A stretch of DNA of 64,000 nt from an uncultured delta proteobacterium. Its GTDB lineage: Bacteria > Myxococcota > Myxococcia > Myxococcales > Anaeromyxobacteraceae. Position 1 is the stretch's first letter. Each line of letters opens with the position of its first letter. Shown here piece by piece: positions 18,951-30,491 of the stretch. The notes beneath the pieces are model-generated. The model saw only the letters and a list, made by a program, of their open reading frames with translations. It made no database searches and was not told the DNA's origin. The stretch spans positions 32,001 through 96,000 of the forward strand of contig CAVYBH010000017.1 in the NCBI GenBank assembly GCA_963766715.1, given 5' to 3'. A program made the position numbers and the translations under genes.

Positions 18951-20123
18951 TCAACCCCGCGAGGCCGCTTTCTCGCGCCGTCCCTCGCCGAAGAACTCCT
19001 CGACCTCCCGGCGGCGGGCCAGGGTGTCCTCGTAGCCCAGCTCGAGCAGCCTCCCGACGTAGACCGGCTCGAAGGCCAGGTAGCTGAGCAGGTCGGAGCC
19101 CGTCTCGGCCTGGGCGCCGATGCCGGAGAGCAGGTAGCGGAGGAAGCGGGGAAAGCGCCGGTACTGATCCCCCGCCAGCATGGCCCAGGTCCCGCGAGGG
19201 TCGGAGCACGAGCGTCGGGATGACCCGGAGCCTTCCCGGCGCATCGGCTCCGCGCGCCGGGCGGCAATCGCGCCACCAGGCCGTTCACCATCTCGAGGCG
19301 CTCCACGTCCGCCTCGATGGTCTCCAGGAACACGGCGTTCAGGAGCGTGCCGGCGATCTGGGACGGGGCGAGCACGTCGCGACGGGCCGGACGGCGCACC
19401 GGCGTGAGCTCGTCCGGCTCGCGCCAGCGGCGGACGCCGATGACCAGGAGCCGCTCCGCGCCCATGTGGATGGCCGGCGACAGCGGTGCGGTCATGCGCA
19501 CGCTGCCGTCGCCGTACCAGGCGCCCTGGATGCGGACCGGGCGGGAAGAAGATGGGGATGGAGGCCGAGGCCATGATGTGGTCGAGCCGGATCTGGGTCC
19601 GCACCCCCACCCGCGTGGCCCGCACCCAGGGCTGGATGTCCTCGGCCCCGTCGAAGAAGGTGACCGCCACGTTGGTGGCGTAGCTCGTGGCGGTGACGGC
19701 GAAGCCGCGGATGGCGCCCGAGGCGATGTTCCGCCGGAGGTCGGCGAGCGGGAGCCGCTCGTGGAGGAAGTCGCGCAGCGGCGTGGCGTCGAGCAGGAAG
19801 TTGATCCGGCTGCGCTGGAAGAAGCCGCCGGCCGACAGGTCGCGCATCCAGCGCCCGCCGATGCCCAGCATGCGCACGCCGTCGGTCCGGAAGACGCGCT
19901 CGGGCGAGAGCTCGAGCCAGAGCTCCCGGAGCCGGCGCGAGGCCTCGTCGAAGTCGCCGCGCCAGGCGCCCAGGAAGGCGGCGTTGAGGCCTCCCGCCGA
20001 CATCCCGCAGATGGTGCCGAACGGCATGGCGCCACGCGGAAGGATCTCGGCGACCGCACGCAGGACGCCCGCCTGGTACGCCGCCCTCGCTCCGCCTCCG
20101 GTGAGCACGAGTCCTACATGCAC
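18951..20123 (-). CDS. Patatin-like phospholipase, frameshifted
   Basis: LVLTGGGARAAYQAG, GMSAG, MASASIPIFF, YGDGSVR. Confidence 0.88.
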   Translation of the reverse strand: MHVGLVLTGGGARAAYQAGVLRAVAEILPRGAMPFGTICGMSAGGLNAAFLGAWRGDFDEASRRLRELWLELSPERVFRTDGVRMLGIGGRWMRDLSAGGFFQRSRINFLLDATPLRDFLHERLPLADLRRNIASGAIRGFAVTATSYATNVAVTFFDGAEDIQPWVRATRVGVRTQIRLDHIMASASIPIFFPPGPHPGRLVRRRQRAHDRTAVAGHPHGRGAAPGHRRPPLARAGRAHAGAPSGPSRRARPVPDRRHAPERRVPGDHRGGRGAPRDGERPGGAIAARRAEPMRREGSGSSRRSCSDPRGTWAMLAGDQYRRFPRFLRYLLSGIGAQAETGSDLLSYLAFEPVYVGRLLELGYEDTLARRREVEEFFGEGRREKAASRG

Positions 20124-20364
20124 GCACGCGGAGGGTATCACCGGCTCCCCGCCGCGTCACCGGCCCGCCCGGATCGAGGCCCGGCGGCGCCCCTCCTCCC
20201 CCGCTGGCGGGATGGGGAGATGTGCGCCTGCGCATGTTCCTGTCAGTGAACGGTATCGCGCCTCCCCCATTTTACCGTGAGTCGATGTAGGAGCGGGTGC
20301 GAGCATTCCTCGTCCCTGCTGCGGGGTACTGGCGGACCGCGCGGAAATGCCGCAAACATGGGCC

Positions 20365-20736
20365 ATGCAGAACACCACGCGATGCATCTCCCTCGACGCC
20401 GAGACCGTTCACCTCCAGTCCGAGCACGAGGTCGACAGCGCCATCGACACCGTGGTGACCTTCGCCTTCGGCAACGCCGAGCCGCTGGACCGCTACCTGT
20501 TCCGGATCCGCGCCGCGCTGCCTTCTCGACCCACGGTGAAGGAGCTGGTCGAGGCGGTCTTCACCACCCGGCGCGAGCTCGGCCCCATCACCGACGAGCG
20601 GCTCCGCCGCGAGAACGCCGCGCTGGCCATGGCCGCCTTCCTCTCCGCCGATCCGGCCGAGCTCGGCCTCGAGGCGGCGATGTTCCGCCTGGGCGCCGAG
20701 GTCTGGCTGACGCCGAGCCGGACGCCCCCGAGCTGA
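20365..20736 (+). CDS. Hypothetical protein
   Basis: Strong GC3 bias; helical 123-aa ORF. Confidence 0.75.
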   Translation: MQNTTRCISLDAETVHLQSEHEVDSAIDTVVTFAFGNAEPLDRYLFRIRAALPSRPTVKELVEAVFTTRRELGPITDERLRRENAALAMAAFLSADPAELGLEAAMFRLGAEVWLTPSRTPPS

Positions 20737-20747
20737 CGGCCGGCCGC

Positions 20748-21930
20748 TCAGCCCGCGGCGGAGAGCGCACCCTCCACCGCGCGGACCACCGCCGGGATCT
20801 CGTCCGGGTGGTTGGGCCAGTGCGGCGAGAAGCGCAGCACGCCGTCCGGCGTCGAGCAGGCGACCCCTCGCGACGCGAGCTCGCGGACGAGGGACGAGGC
20901 CCGGCGGCCCGGCGGCGGCTCCACCGAGAGGATCCCGGAGCGCCCCTCCGGGCGGGCCGATCGCAGGCTGCGGAAGCCCCGCGCCGATGAGCTCCGGCTC
21001 GAGGCGGTCCAGGTAGGCGGTCACGTGCCGCTCGACGGCCGGGATTCCCAGCCCCAGCAGGACCTCCAGCGAGGCGAGGAACGCCGCCATGGCCACCTCG
21101 GGCAGGCCTCCCCCCTCGACGAGGTCGGCGCGGCGCCGGATGGGGCGGTCGTAGCGCACGAGACCCGGCCCCTCGACGAGGAAGCGCACCGGATCCTCGT
21201 GGGACAGCCAGCTGGCCGTCCGGGGGACGAGCGCGCCCACCCGCTCCGGCCGGACCCAGAGGAAGCCCGCGCCGAGGACCCCCATGAGCCACTTGTGGGC
21301 CCCGGCGGCCAGGTAGTCGATCCCCCGCACGTCGACCGGCAGGCAGCCTGCGCCCTGCACCGCGTCCACGAAGATCTCGGCGCCGGCGGCGGCGCAGCGG
21401 GACGCCATCCCGGCGATCGGCATCCGCAGGCCGCTCCGGAACTGGACGGCGCTGACGGCCAGGAGCCGGGCCCCGCGGGCGAGCTCCCGGTCGAGATGGG
21501 AGAGCCCTTCCTCCTCCGAGCGCAGGAAGGGCTCGAGCGGGATCCAGCCAATCTCGAGCTCGAAGAGCGCGGCGGCCTGCTGCCACGGGGTGACGTTGGC
21601 GGGAAACTCCCCGTCCACGAGCAGGATCCGGTCGCCGCGCCGCCAGGGGAAGTCGAGCGCGATCGCCTGGATGCCCGAGCTGGTGTTGGTGGTGAGCGCC
21701 ACGTCCTCGGGACGGCCGCCCAGGAGCTCGGCGACGCGCGCCCGGAGCCGGACCTTCCGCTCCACCGCGGCGCCCACCGCCGCGCCGCCGCGCCGGGCGA
21801 AGTCGTCGACGGCCGCGCCGATGGCCTGGCGAACGGGCTCGGACGGGGGCGAGATCCCGGCGTGGTTCAGGTAGGCCCGGGGCTCGAGGAGCGGGAAGAG
21901 CGAGCGGTCGCCGAGCCGGGGCGCGGTCAC
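20748..21930 (-). CDS. Class V PLP aminotransferase/cysteine desulfurase-like protein, frameshift near 20980
   Basis: YLNHAG, NTSSG, EFPAN, VDAVQ, GAHKWLMG, LRFSPHW. Confidence 0.88.
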
Positions 21931-22703
21931 TGCGCGGTGTATCCGCCGTCCATGACCGCCACCGATCCGGTGATGCCGGCGGCCGCCTCGGACACCAGGA
22001 AGAGCGCGTAGCCGACGACCTCGTCGACCTGGAGCAGCCGTCGCATGGGCACGAGCGGGTAGATGACCTCCTCGAGCACCTTCTCGAGGGGCACGTTCCG
22101 GGTGCGCGCCAGGTCGGCGAGCTGGTTGCGCACGAGCGGCGTGTCGACGTACCCGGGCGCGAGCGCGTTCACCGTCACGCCGTGGGCGGCGCCCTCCAGG
22201 GCGGTCACCCGGGTCAGGCCAATCACCCCGTGCTTGGCGCTGTTGTAGGCCGCCTTGCCGGCGAAGCCGACCAGGCCGTTGATGGAGGCGACGTTCAGGA
22301 TCCGGCCGCTGCCCTGCCGCTTCATGATCGGGAAGACCTTCTTGATGGCGTAGAAGGGGCCGAAGAGCATGACGCGGACGAGCAGCTCGAACCGGGCGGA
22401 CGGGAAGTCCTCGACGGGCGACACGTGCTGGAGCCCGGCGTTGTTCACCAGGATGTCCAGCCTGCCGTGCGCGGCCAGCGTGGCGTCGATGGCCTCGCCC
22501 AGCGCGTCCTCGCGCCCCACGTCGGCCGCCAGCCCCAGGGCGCCGCGCCCAATCCGGCCAGCGGCCGCACGGGCCGCAGCCCCGTCGAGGTCGGCGATGG
22601 CCACCCTCGCCCCCTCCTGCGCGAGCATCTCGGCCATGCGGAACCCGATGCCCCCGGCTGCACCGGTGACGAACGCCACCTTCCCCTCGAACCTCTCGGC
22701 CAT
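21927..22703 (-). CDS. 3-hydroxybutyrate dehydrogenase (SDR)
   Basis: TGAAGGIG, NNAGLQHVSPVEDF, KAAYNSAKHG, PGYVDTPLVRNQ, DGGYTAQ. Confidence 0.9.
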   Translation of the reverse strand: MAERFEGKVAFVTGAAGGIGFRMAEMLAQEGARVAIADLDGAAARAAAGRIGRGALGLAADVGREDALGEAIDATLAAHGRLDILVNNAGLQHVSPVEDFPSARFELLVRVMLFGPFYAIKKVFPIMKRQGSGRILNVASINGLVGFAGKAAYNSAKHGVIGLTRVTALEGAAHGVTVNALAPGYVDTPLVRNQLADLARTRNVPLEKVLEEVIYPLVPMRRLLQVDEVVGYALFLVSEAAAGITGSVAVMDGGYTAQ

Positions 22704-22720
22704 CGCGTGCCTCGCAATCC

Positions 22721-23660
22721 TCAGCGCGAGCGCTGCAGGAGCGCCCGGATCTCGCCCACCACGCCCTTCCGGAAGGCCATCACCATGACCACGAAGACGC
22801 CTCCCGTGATGACCGTGACCCACGAGCCGAGGCTCGCGAGATAGTTCTCCATCGTCACGACGAGCAGCGCGCCGACCGACGGCCCGAGCACCGTCCCCAT
22901 GCCTCCCAGCAGGGTCATGAGCACCACCTCGCCGCTCCGCTGCCAGGCCACGTCGCCCAGCGTGGCGAACTGCAGGGCGATGGCCTTCAGGGAGCCGGCC
23001 AGGCCGGCCAGCGACGCCGAGATGACGAAGGCCATCAGCTTGTAGCGCTGGACGTCGTAGCCCAGCGAGATCGCCCGCGGCTCGTTCTCCCGGATGGCCC
23101 GCAGCACCTGCCCGAAGGGCGAGTCGATGGTGCGCTGGATGAGCCAGAACGCGCCCAGGAAGACCGCGTAGGTGAAGTAGTACATCGCGAACGAGTTGCC
23201 CAGGTCCAGGATCCCGAGGAGCTTGCCGCGCGGGATCCCCTGCAGGCCGTCCTCGCCGCCCGGTCCAGGGCATCTGCACGACGAGGAAGTAAATCACCTG
23301 CGCGAGCCCGAGCGTGATCATCGCGAAGTAGATGCCGGAGCGCCGGAGCGCCAGCACGCCGAAGACGAGCCCCAGCACGGTGGCCACGGCGACCCCGGCG
23401 GCCATGGAGGAGAGGACGCCCAGTCCCCACGACTTGGCCGCCCACCCGGTGACGTAGGCCGCCGATCCCAGGAAGGCTGCGTGGCCGAAGGAGAGGAGCC
23501 CGGAGTACCCGAGGAGCAGGTTGAAGGCGCTCGCGAAGAGCGCCATCACGAGCACGTTCATCGCGAAGACGGGGTAGACCACGAAGGGCGCCGCGACGCC
23601 GATGGCGAAGAGCGTCGCCCACCCCATGAAGATGGTTTGCCCCTTCCAGACCCGGCTCAC
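22721..23660 (-). CDS. livM: Branched-chain amino acid ABC permease (LivM-like), frameshift near 23260
   Basis: NLLLGYSGLLSFGHAAF, GIYFAMITL, SPFGQVLRAIRENE, LLGGMGT. Confidence 0.9.
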
Positions 23661-24523
23661 TTCTGCCTCCCGAAGAGGCCCGCCGGCCGGACGAGCAGCA
23701 CGATCGCCATGAGCACGAAGACCACCACGCTGGCGGCCTCCGGCCAGAAGAACTTGGTGAGCCCCTCGACGAGTCCCACCCCGAGGCCGGTGACGATCGA
23801 GCCCAGGATCGAGCCCATGCCGCCGATCACCACCACCGCGAAGACCACCATGATGAGCGAGGAGCCCATCATCGGCGTGACCTGGTAGATGGGCGCGGCC
23901 ATCACGCCCGCGAAGGCGGCCAGCGCCACGCCGAAGCCGTAGGTCAGCATGAACATGAAGGGCACGTTCACCCCGAAGGCCTGGAGCAGCCGGGGATTCT
24001 CGGTGCCTGCGCGCAGGTAGGAGCCGAGCCGGGTCTTCTCGATGACGAACCAGGACCCGAGCGACACCACCAGCGACACGACGACGACCCAGGCCCGGTA
24101 CTTGGGCAGGTACATGAAGCCCAGGTCGAAACCGCCCCGCAGCAGCTCGGGCACCGGATACGGGCTGCCCGAGTTGCCGTAGGCGTGGTGGAAGGCGCCC
24201 TCGATGACCAGCGCCAGCCCGAAGGTCAGCAGGAGCCCGTAGAGGTTGTCGAGCCCCTGCAGCCGGCGGAGGAACAGCCTCTCGATGACCAGGCCCGACG
24301 CCCCGACCACGAGCGGCGAGAGCAGGAGCGCCCACCAGTACCCGATGCCCAGGTACTGGAACCCCATCCACGCCAGGAACGCCCCCATCATGTACTGCGC
24401 GCCGTGGGCGAAGTTCACCACGTCGAGCAGGCCGAAGATGATGGCGAGCCCCAGCGAGAGCAGCGCGTAGAACGAGCCGTTGATGAGGCCCAGCAGGAGC
24501 TGGCCGGAGAGGGCCTGGATCAT
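23657..24523 (-). CDS. livH: Branched-chain amino acid ABC permease (LivH-like)
   Basis: GSFYALLSLGL, VVNFAHG, VVIGGMGS, RPAGLFG. Confidence 0.93.
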   Translation of the reverse strand: MIQALSGQLLLGLINGSFYALLSLGLAIIFGLLDVVNFAHGAQYMMGAFLAWMGFQYLGIGYWWALLLSPLVVGASGLVIERLFLRRLQGLDNLYGLLLTFGLALVIEGAFHHAYGNSGSPYPVPELLRGGFDLGFMYLPKYRAWVVVVSLVVSLGSWFVIEKTRLGSYLRAGTENPRLLQAFGVNVPFMFMLTYGFGVALAAFAGVMAAPIYQVTPMMGSSLIMVVFAVVVIGGMGSILGSIVTGLGVGLVEGLTKFFWPEAASVVVFVLMAIVLLVRPAGLFGRQK

Positions 24524-24530
24524 CTGGAGG

Positions 24531-25754
24531 CTACTTCTTCACGAGCGGGCACTTGTCGGAGACCGGAGGGAACGCCTCGGCCGCCGGGATGACCTTCGCG
24601 ATCTTGTAGTAGTCCCAGGGGTACTTGGACTCCTCCGGGGTCTTCACCTGCACCAGGTACATGTCGTGGCGGTGCAGGCCGTCGGGGCCGATGCGCCCGT
24701 TCTTCGCGAAGAAGTCGTTCACCGGCATCTCGCGCATCTTGGCCATGACGGCGTCCGGGTCGTCGGTGCCGGCGGCCTGGATGGCCTTCAGGTAATGGGT
24801 CACGGCCGAGTAGACGCCGGCCTGCACCATGGTGGGCATCTTCTTCATCTTCTCGAAGAAGCGCTTCGACCACTTGCGCGAGTCGTCGTCGCGGTCCCAG
24901 TAGAAGGCGGTGGTCAGGTACATGCCCTTGGCGGTGGAGAGGCCGAGGCTGTTGATGTCGGAGATGAAGACGAGCAGGCCGGCCAGGTTCTGCTTCTTGG
25001 TGATGCCGAACTCGTTGGCCTGCTTGATGGCGTTGATCGTGTCGGCGCCGGCGTTGGCGAGGCCGATGATCTTGGCGCCGGAGGCCTGGGCCTGGAGCAG
25101 GTAGGACGAGAAGTCGGTGGTCCCCGGGGACGGGTGCCGGGAGGCGCCCAGCACCTTGCCGCCGGCGGCCTTCACCACGTTCGCGGTGTCCTCCTCGAGC
25201 GACTTGCCGAAGACGTAGTCGGCGGTGAGGAAGTACCAGGTGTTCCCGCCCTGCTTCACGACCTCGCGGCCGGTGCCGTTGGCGAGCGCCCAGTTGTTGT
25301 AGGTCCAGTGCACGTTGTAGGCGTTGCACTTGTCGCCGGTGATGGCGGTGGTGCCCGGGCCGGAGAGCAGCGTGATGCGCTTCTTCTCGGCGGCCACCGG
25401 CATGACGGCGAGCGCGGTCGAGGAGGAGACCAGGTCGACGATGGCGTCGACCTTGTCCTCGTCGAACCACTTCCGGGCCACGGTGGAGGCGACGTCGGCC
25501 TTGAGCTGGTGGTCGGCGCCCACGATGACGATGGGCTTGCCGAGCACCTTCCCGCCGAAGTCCTCGGCGGCCATCTTGGCGGCCTCGAGCGAGCCAGGGC
25601 CGGAGAGGTCGGAGTAGTACCCCGTCATGTCGGTGAGGACCCCGATCTTGACGGCGTCGTCCGACACCTTCCCGGCCGGGGCCTTCGGGTCGGCGGCCAG
25701 CACCGTCCCGGCGGCGAGCAACAGGGCGACTGCGAATGCAAGGCGACTCTTCAT
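24531..25754 (-). CDS. Liv-type ABC substrate-binding protein
   Basis: Signal peptide, KIGVLTDM, ADHQLKAD, FLTADYVFG, DFSSYLLQAQASGA. Confidence 0.92.
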   Translation of the reverse strand: MKSRLAFAVALLLAAGTVLAADPKAPAGKVSDDAVKIGVLTDMTGYYSDLSGPGSLEAAKMAAEDFGGKVLGKPIVIVGADHQLKADVASTVARKWFDEDKVDAIVDLVSSSTALAVMPVAAEKKRITLLSGPGTTAITGDKCNAYNVHWTYNNWALANGTGREVVKQGGNTWYFLTADYVFGKSLEEDTANVVKAAGGKVLGASRHPSPGTTDFSSYLLQAQASGAKIIGLANAGADTINAIKQANEFGITKKQNLAGLLVFISDINSLGLSTAKGMYLTTAFYWDRDDDSRKWSKRFFEKMKKMPTMVQAGVYSAVTHYLKAIQAAGTDDPDAVMAKMREMPVNDFFAKNGRIGPDGLHRHDMYLVQVKTPEESKYPWDYYKIAKVIPAAEAFPPVSDKCPLVKK

Positions 25755-25783
25755 GTGTGGTCCTCCTCGACGGTCTCGACGGC

Positions 25784-26509
25784 TCAGACTCCCAGGAACT
25801 GCTGCAGCGATTCCATGCGCCCGGCCAGCCCGCTGGCCTCGATCGTGTCCACGACGCGTCCGTGCTCGAGCAGGTAGTGCCGGTCGGCGAGCGGCGCGGC
25901 GAAGCGGAAGTTCTGCTCGACGAGCACGATGGTGTAGCCCCGCTCCTTGAGCTGGCGGACCACGCGGCCGAGCCCCTGCACGATGACCGGGGCCAGGCCC
26001 TCGGTGATCTCGTCGAGGAGCAGGAGCCTCGCGCCGGCGCGGAGGATGCGGGCCATGGCGAGCATCTGCTGCTCGCCGCCCGACAGGCGCGTGCCCTGGC
26101 TCTTCCGCCGCTCCTGGAGGTTCGGGAACATGGCGTAGATCTCCTCCACCGGCATGCCCGACGGGCTCACGCGCGGCAGCAGGAGCAGGTTCTCCTCGGT
26201 CGACAGGCTGGCGAAGATGCCCCGCTCCTCCGGGCAGTAGCCGACGCCGATCCCCAGCCGGGCGATCCGGTTCGGCGCCATGCCCACGGTCTCGCGCCCG
26301 CCCAGCTCGATCGAGCCGGTGCGCCGTCCGACCAGGCCGAGGATCGACTTGAGCGTGGAGGTGCGGCCGGAGCCGTTGCGGCCGAGCAGCGTCACCACCT
26401 CGCCCTCGGCCACCTCGAGGTCGACCCCGTGCAGGACGTGCGACTCGCCGTAGAAGGCGTGGAGGTCCCGGATCCGCAGCACCGGGCCGGGGGCGGAAGC
26501 GGCGCTCAC
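25784..26509 (-). CDS. livF: ABC ATPase (LivF-like)
   Basis: GRNGSGRTS, LSGGEQQMLAMAR, LDEITEGLAP, VEQN. Confidence 0.92.
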   Translation of the reverse strand: MSAASAPGPVLRIRDLHAFYGESHVLHGVDLEVAEGEVVTLLGRNGSGRTSTLKSILGLVGRRTGSIELGGRETVGMAPNRIARLGIGVGYCPEERGIFASLSTEENLLLLPRVSPSGMPVEEIYAMFPNLQERRKSQGTRLSGGEQQMLAMARILRAGARLLLLDEITEGLAPVIVQGLGRVVRQLKERGYTIVLVEQNFRFAAPLADRHYLLEHGRVVDTIEASGLAGRMESLQQFLGV

Positions 26510-27258
26510 GCGGCGCTCCCGATGTAGGCCTCTCGAACGGCGGGATCGGCGGAGACCTTCGCGTAGGAGCCCTCGGCCAGCACGCTCCCGCGCGCCAGCA
26601 CGGTGATGGTGTCGCAGAGGTCGGAGACCACCGAGAGGTTGTGCTCCACCATGAGCACGGTGCGCCCCTTGGCGACCCGCTTGATGAGCTCGGCCACGCG
26701 ACCGACGTCCTCGTGCCCCATCCCGGCGGTGGGCTCGTCGAGCAGGAGCACCTCCGGCTCGAGCGCGAGCGTGGTGGCGAGCTCGAGGGCCCGCTTCCGG
26801 CCGTAGGGCAGCTCGCCGGCCGGGACGTCGGCGAGCTTCTCCAGATCCACGTCGGCGAGGAGCGATCGCGCGCGGTCGTCGAGGACCGAGAGGCTCCGCG
26901 CCGGCGCCCAGAACCGGAACGAGGTGCCGAGCGGGCGCTGCAGCGCGATGCGCACGTTCTCGAGGGCGGTCAGGCTCCCGAACACCGCCGAGATCTGGAA
27001 GGAGCGCACCACGCCCCGGCGCGCCACCCGGGCCGGGGCCATCCGGGTCACGTCCTCGCCGCGGTGGAGGATGGTGCCGCGCGTGACCGGGAGGAAGCGG
27101 GTCAGCAGGTTGAAGACGGTGGTCTTCCCCGCTCCGTTCGGCCCGATCAGGCCGTGGATCGAGCCCCGCCGCACCCGCAGGGAGACCCCGTTCACCGCGA
27201 GGAAACCCCGGAACTCCTTGGCCAGGTCGCGGGTCTCCAGGATGAGGTCGTCGGACAT
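26506..27258 (-). CDS. livG: ABC ATPase (LivG-like)
   Basis: GPNGAGKTT, RSFQ, LPYG, LDEPTAGM, VEHN, VREAYIG. Confidence 0.92.
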   Translation of the reverse strand: MSDDLILETRDLAKEFRGFLAVNGVSLRVRRGSIHGLIGPNGAGKTTVFNLLTRFLPVTRGTILHRGEDVTRMAPARVARRGVVRSFQISAVFGSLTALENVRIALQRPLGTSFRFWAPARSLSVLDDRARSLLADVDLEKLADVPAGELPYGRKRALELATTLALEPEVLLLDEPTAGMGHEDVGRVAELIKRVAKGRTVLMVEHNLSVVSDLCDTITVLARGSVLAEGSYAKVSADPAVREAYIGSAA

Positions 27259-27431
27259 GGTCGTGATGTCGGGCAAGGGCAAAATCTTTAGTGACTCGAA
27301 AGTCGAATGTCGAGCCCCCCTGGAGTGACGCAACGCGCCATCCGCGCCGCTCGCTCGATTCGGTGCCTCTTTCGTCGGGCGCTGCTGGCAAGCGCCGCCT
27401 ACGTTGCCGTAGGCTCGCCTGCGGAGGTGTC

Positions 27432-30400
27432 ATGAACGTCTCCCGAAGAGGTTTCCTTCAGCTCACCGCGTCCGGCATCGGCGCGACCACCATCGGGGCG
27501 CTGGGCTTCTCGCCAGCGCGCGCGCTCGCCGACGTGAGGCTCTTCAAGCTCGCGCACGCCAGCGAGACCCGGAACACCTGCCCGTACTGCTCGGTCGGGT
27601 GCGGCGTGATCCTCTACGGCCTGGGCGATCGATCCAAGAACGCCCGGACCGAGATCATGCACGTCGAAGGCGATCCGGATCACCCGGTCAACCGCGGCAC
27701 GCTCTGCCCGAAGGGCGCGAGCCTGCTCGACTTCATCCACAGCCCCACCCGGCTCAAGTTCCCCGAGTACCGCGCGCCCGGCACCGCCGAGTGGAAGCGC
27801 GTCACCTGGGACTGGGCCCTGGAGCGGATCGCGCGCCTCATGAAGGAGGACCGCGACAAGAACTTCGTGGCGAAGAACGCCAAGGGCCAGACGGTGAATC
27901 GCTGGACCTCGACCGCGTTCCTGGCCGCGTCGGCCTCCTCGAACGAGACCGGCTACGTCTTCCACAAGGTGATCCGGGCGCTCGGGGGGGTCGCCGTCGA
28001 CAACCAGGCGCGTGTCTGACACGGCCCCACGGTGGCCGGTCTGGCCCCGACATTCGGCCGTGGCGCGATGACGAACAGCTGGGTCGACATCAAGAACGCC
28101 GACGTCATCCTGGTGATGGGAGGGAACCCCGCCGAGGCGCATCCCTGCGGGTTCAAGTGGGTCCTCGAGGCCAAGGCCAAGAAGAAGGCCAAGCTCATCG
28201 TGGTCGATCCGCGCTTCACGCGGACCGCCGCGGTGGCCGACTTCTACGCGCCCATCCGGCCCGGCACCGACATCGCCTTCCTGGGCGGCGTGGTCCGGTA
28301 CCTCCTCGAGAACGACAAGATCCAGCAGGACTACGTCCGCAACTACACCAGCGCGGCCCTCCTCGTCCGGGAGGACACCGGCTTCGACGACGGCCTCTTC
28401 ACCGGGTACGACGAGGCCAAGCGGAAGTACGACAAGTCGACCTGGAACTACCAGGTCGACAAGGACGGCATCGCCAAGGTCGACCCGACCCTGCAGGATC
28501 CGAACTGCGTCTTCCAGCGGATGAGGAAGCACTACTCCCGCTACACGCCGGAGATGGTCGAGCGGACCACCGGGACGCCGAAGGACAAGTTCCTGAAGGT
28601 CTGCGAGGCCATCGCCTCCACCTCGGTGCCCGAGCGCACGCTGACGAGCCTGTACGCGCTCGGCTGGACCCAGCACAGCGTCGGCTCCCAGAACATCCGG
28701 TCCATCGCCATCATCCAGCTGCTGCTCGGGAACATGGGCATGGCGGGCGGCGGCGTGAACGCGCTGCGCGGGCACTCCAACATCCAGGGGCTCACCGACC
28801 TGGGGCTGCTCTCGCAGTCGCTTCCCGGCTACCTGACGCTTCCCACCGACGACGACCCCGACCTCCAGACCTACCTGGACAAGCGCACGCCCAAGGCGCT
28901 GCGCCCCGGGCAGCTCAACTACTGGTCGAACTACCCCAAGTTCTTCGTCTCGCTCATGAAGGCCTGGTTCGGGGCCTCGGCGACGAAGGACAACGCCTTC
29001 GCCTACGACTGGCTGCCCAAGATCGACGGACCGTACGACGTCCTCCGCGTCATGCAGCTCATGTCGGAGGGCAAGGTGAACGGGTACGTGATCCAGGGCT
29101 TCAACCCGCTCTCGTCCTTCCCGAACAAGGCGAAGGTGCTGGGCGGGCTGCGCAAGCTGAAGTTCCTCGTCACCATCGACCCGCTCTCCACCGAGACCTC
29201 CGAGTTCTGGCAGAACCACGGCGAGTTCAACGACGTCGATCCCACCCAGATCCCGACCGAGGTCTTCCGCCTCCCCTCCTCCCTGTTCGCCGAGGAGGAC
29301 GGCTCGCTCGTCTCCAGCTCGCGCATGCTGCAGTGGCACTGGAAGGCCGCCGAGCCGCCCGCCGAGGCCAAGGGCGACCTCGAGATCGTCGGCGAGCTCT
29401 TCCTGGCGCTGAAGCGCCTCTACGCCAAGGAGGGCGGCGCGCTCCCCGAGCCGATCCTCGGCCTCACCTGGGCCTACCGGAACGCCAAGGCTCCAGGGCC
29501 CGACGAGGTGGCCCGGGAGTACAACGGCCAGGCGCTCGCCGACGTGCCCGATCCGAAGAACCCCACCGGCTTCCTGGTGAAGCAGGGCGAGCAGCTTCCC
29601 GGGTTCGCCGTCCTGCAGGCCGACGGCTCCACCGCCTGCGGCTGCTGGATCTTCTCCGGATCCTGGACGCAGGCCGGCAACCAGATGGCCCGGCGCGACA
29701 CCTCCGATCCGAGCGGGCTCGGCATCACGCCCAACTGGGCGTGGGCGTGGCCCGCCAACCGGCGCATCCTCTACAACCGCGCCTCCTGCAACGCCGAGGG
29801 CGTGCCCTACATCTCCACCCGGAAGCTCATCTGGTGGAACGGCACGCGCTGGGTGGGCAACGACGTGCCCGACTTCAAGGTCGACTCGCCGCCCTCCGAC
29901 GGCATGAACCCGTTCATCATGAACGGCGAGGGCGTCGGCCGGCTCTGGGCGCCGGCCATGGCGGACGGGCCGTTCCCGGAGCACTACGAGCCCTTCGACA
30001 CGCCGCTCGCGAAGAATCCGTTCGGCAAGGTGCTGAACGACCCGGCGGCCCGCGTCTTCCCCGACGACTGGAAGGCCTTCGGCAAGCCCGACGAGTTCCC
30101 CTTCGTCGCCACCACCTACCGGCTCACCGAGCACTTCCACTTCTGGACGAAGCACGCCCGCATCCCGGCCATCCTCCAGCCGCAGGCCTTCGTCGAGTTG
30201 CCGGAGGGGCTGGCGAAGAAGAAGGGCATCCGCAACGACGACTGGGTCGTGGTGAAGTCGAAGCGCGGCCAGATCAAGCTGAAGGCGCTGGTGACGAAGC
30301 GCATGCCCACGCTGTCGGTCGACGGCAAGGAGATCGAGGTGGTCGGCCTCCCCATCCACTGGGGCTTCATCGGGCAGACGAAGAAGGGCTACATCACCAA

Positions 30401-30482
30401 CACGCTCACGCCGCCGGTCGGCGACGCCAACATCCAGACGCCGGAGTACAAGGCGTTCCTGGTCAACGTCGAGAAGGCCTAG
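27432..30482 (+). CDS. fdnG: Formate dehydrogenase alpha subunit, selenoprotein (Sec at codon 196, TGA 28017-28019)
   Basis: Tat signal SRRGFLQ, CPYCSVGC, DNQARV-TGA-HGPTV in frame, NALRGHSNIQG; ends FLVNVEKA. Confidence 0.96.
28017..28048 (+). promoter_or_regulatory. Bacterial SECIS element
   Basis: TGA, 11 nt, then GG-T(bulge)-GGCC-GGTCT-GGCC-CC hairpin, the same geometry as E. coli fdh SECIS elements. Confidence 0.88.
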
Positions 30483-30491
30483 GAGACCGCC

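Noticed and set aside
21927..24371. LivM-Bdh fusion
   Set aside because: Artefact of the livM frameshift near 23260.
28017..28032. fdnG as a split gene or pseudogene
   Set aside because: The TGA is at the conserved Sec position with a SECIS hairpin.
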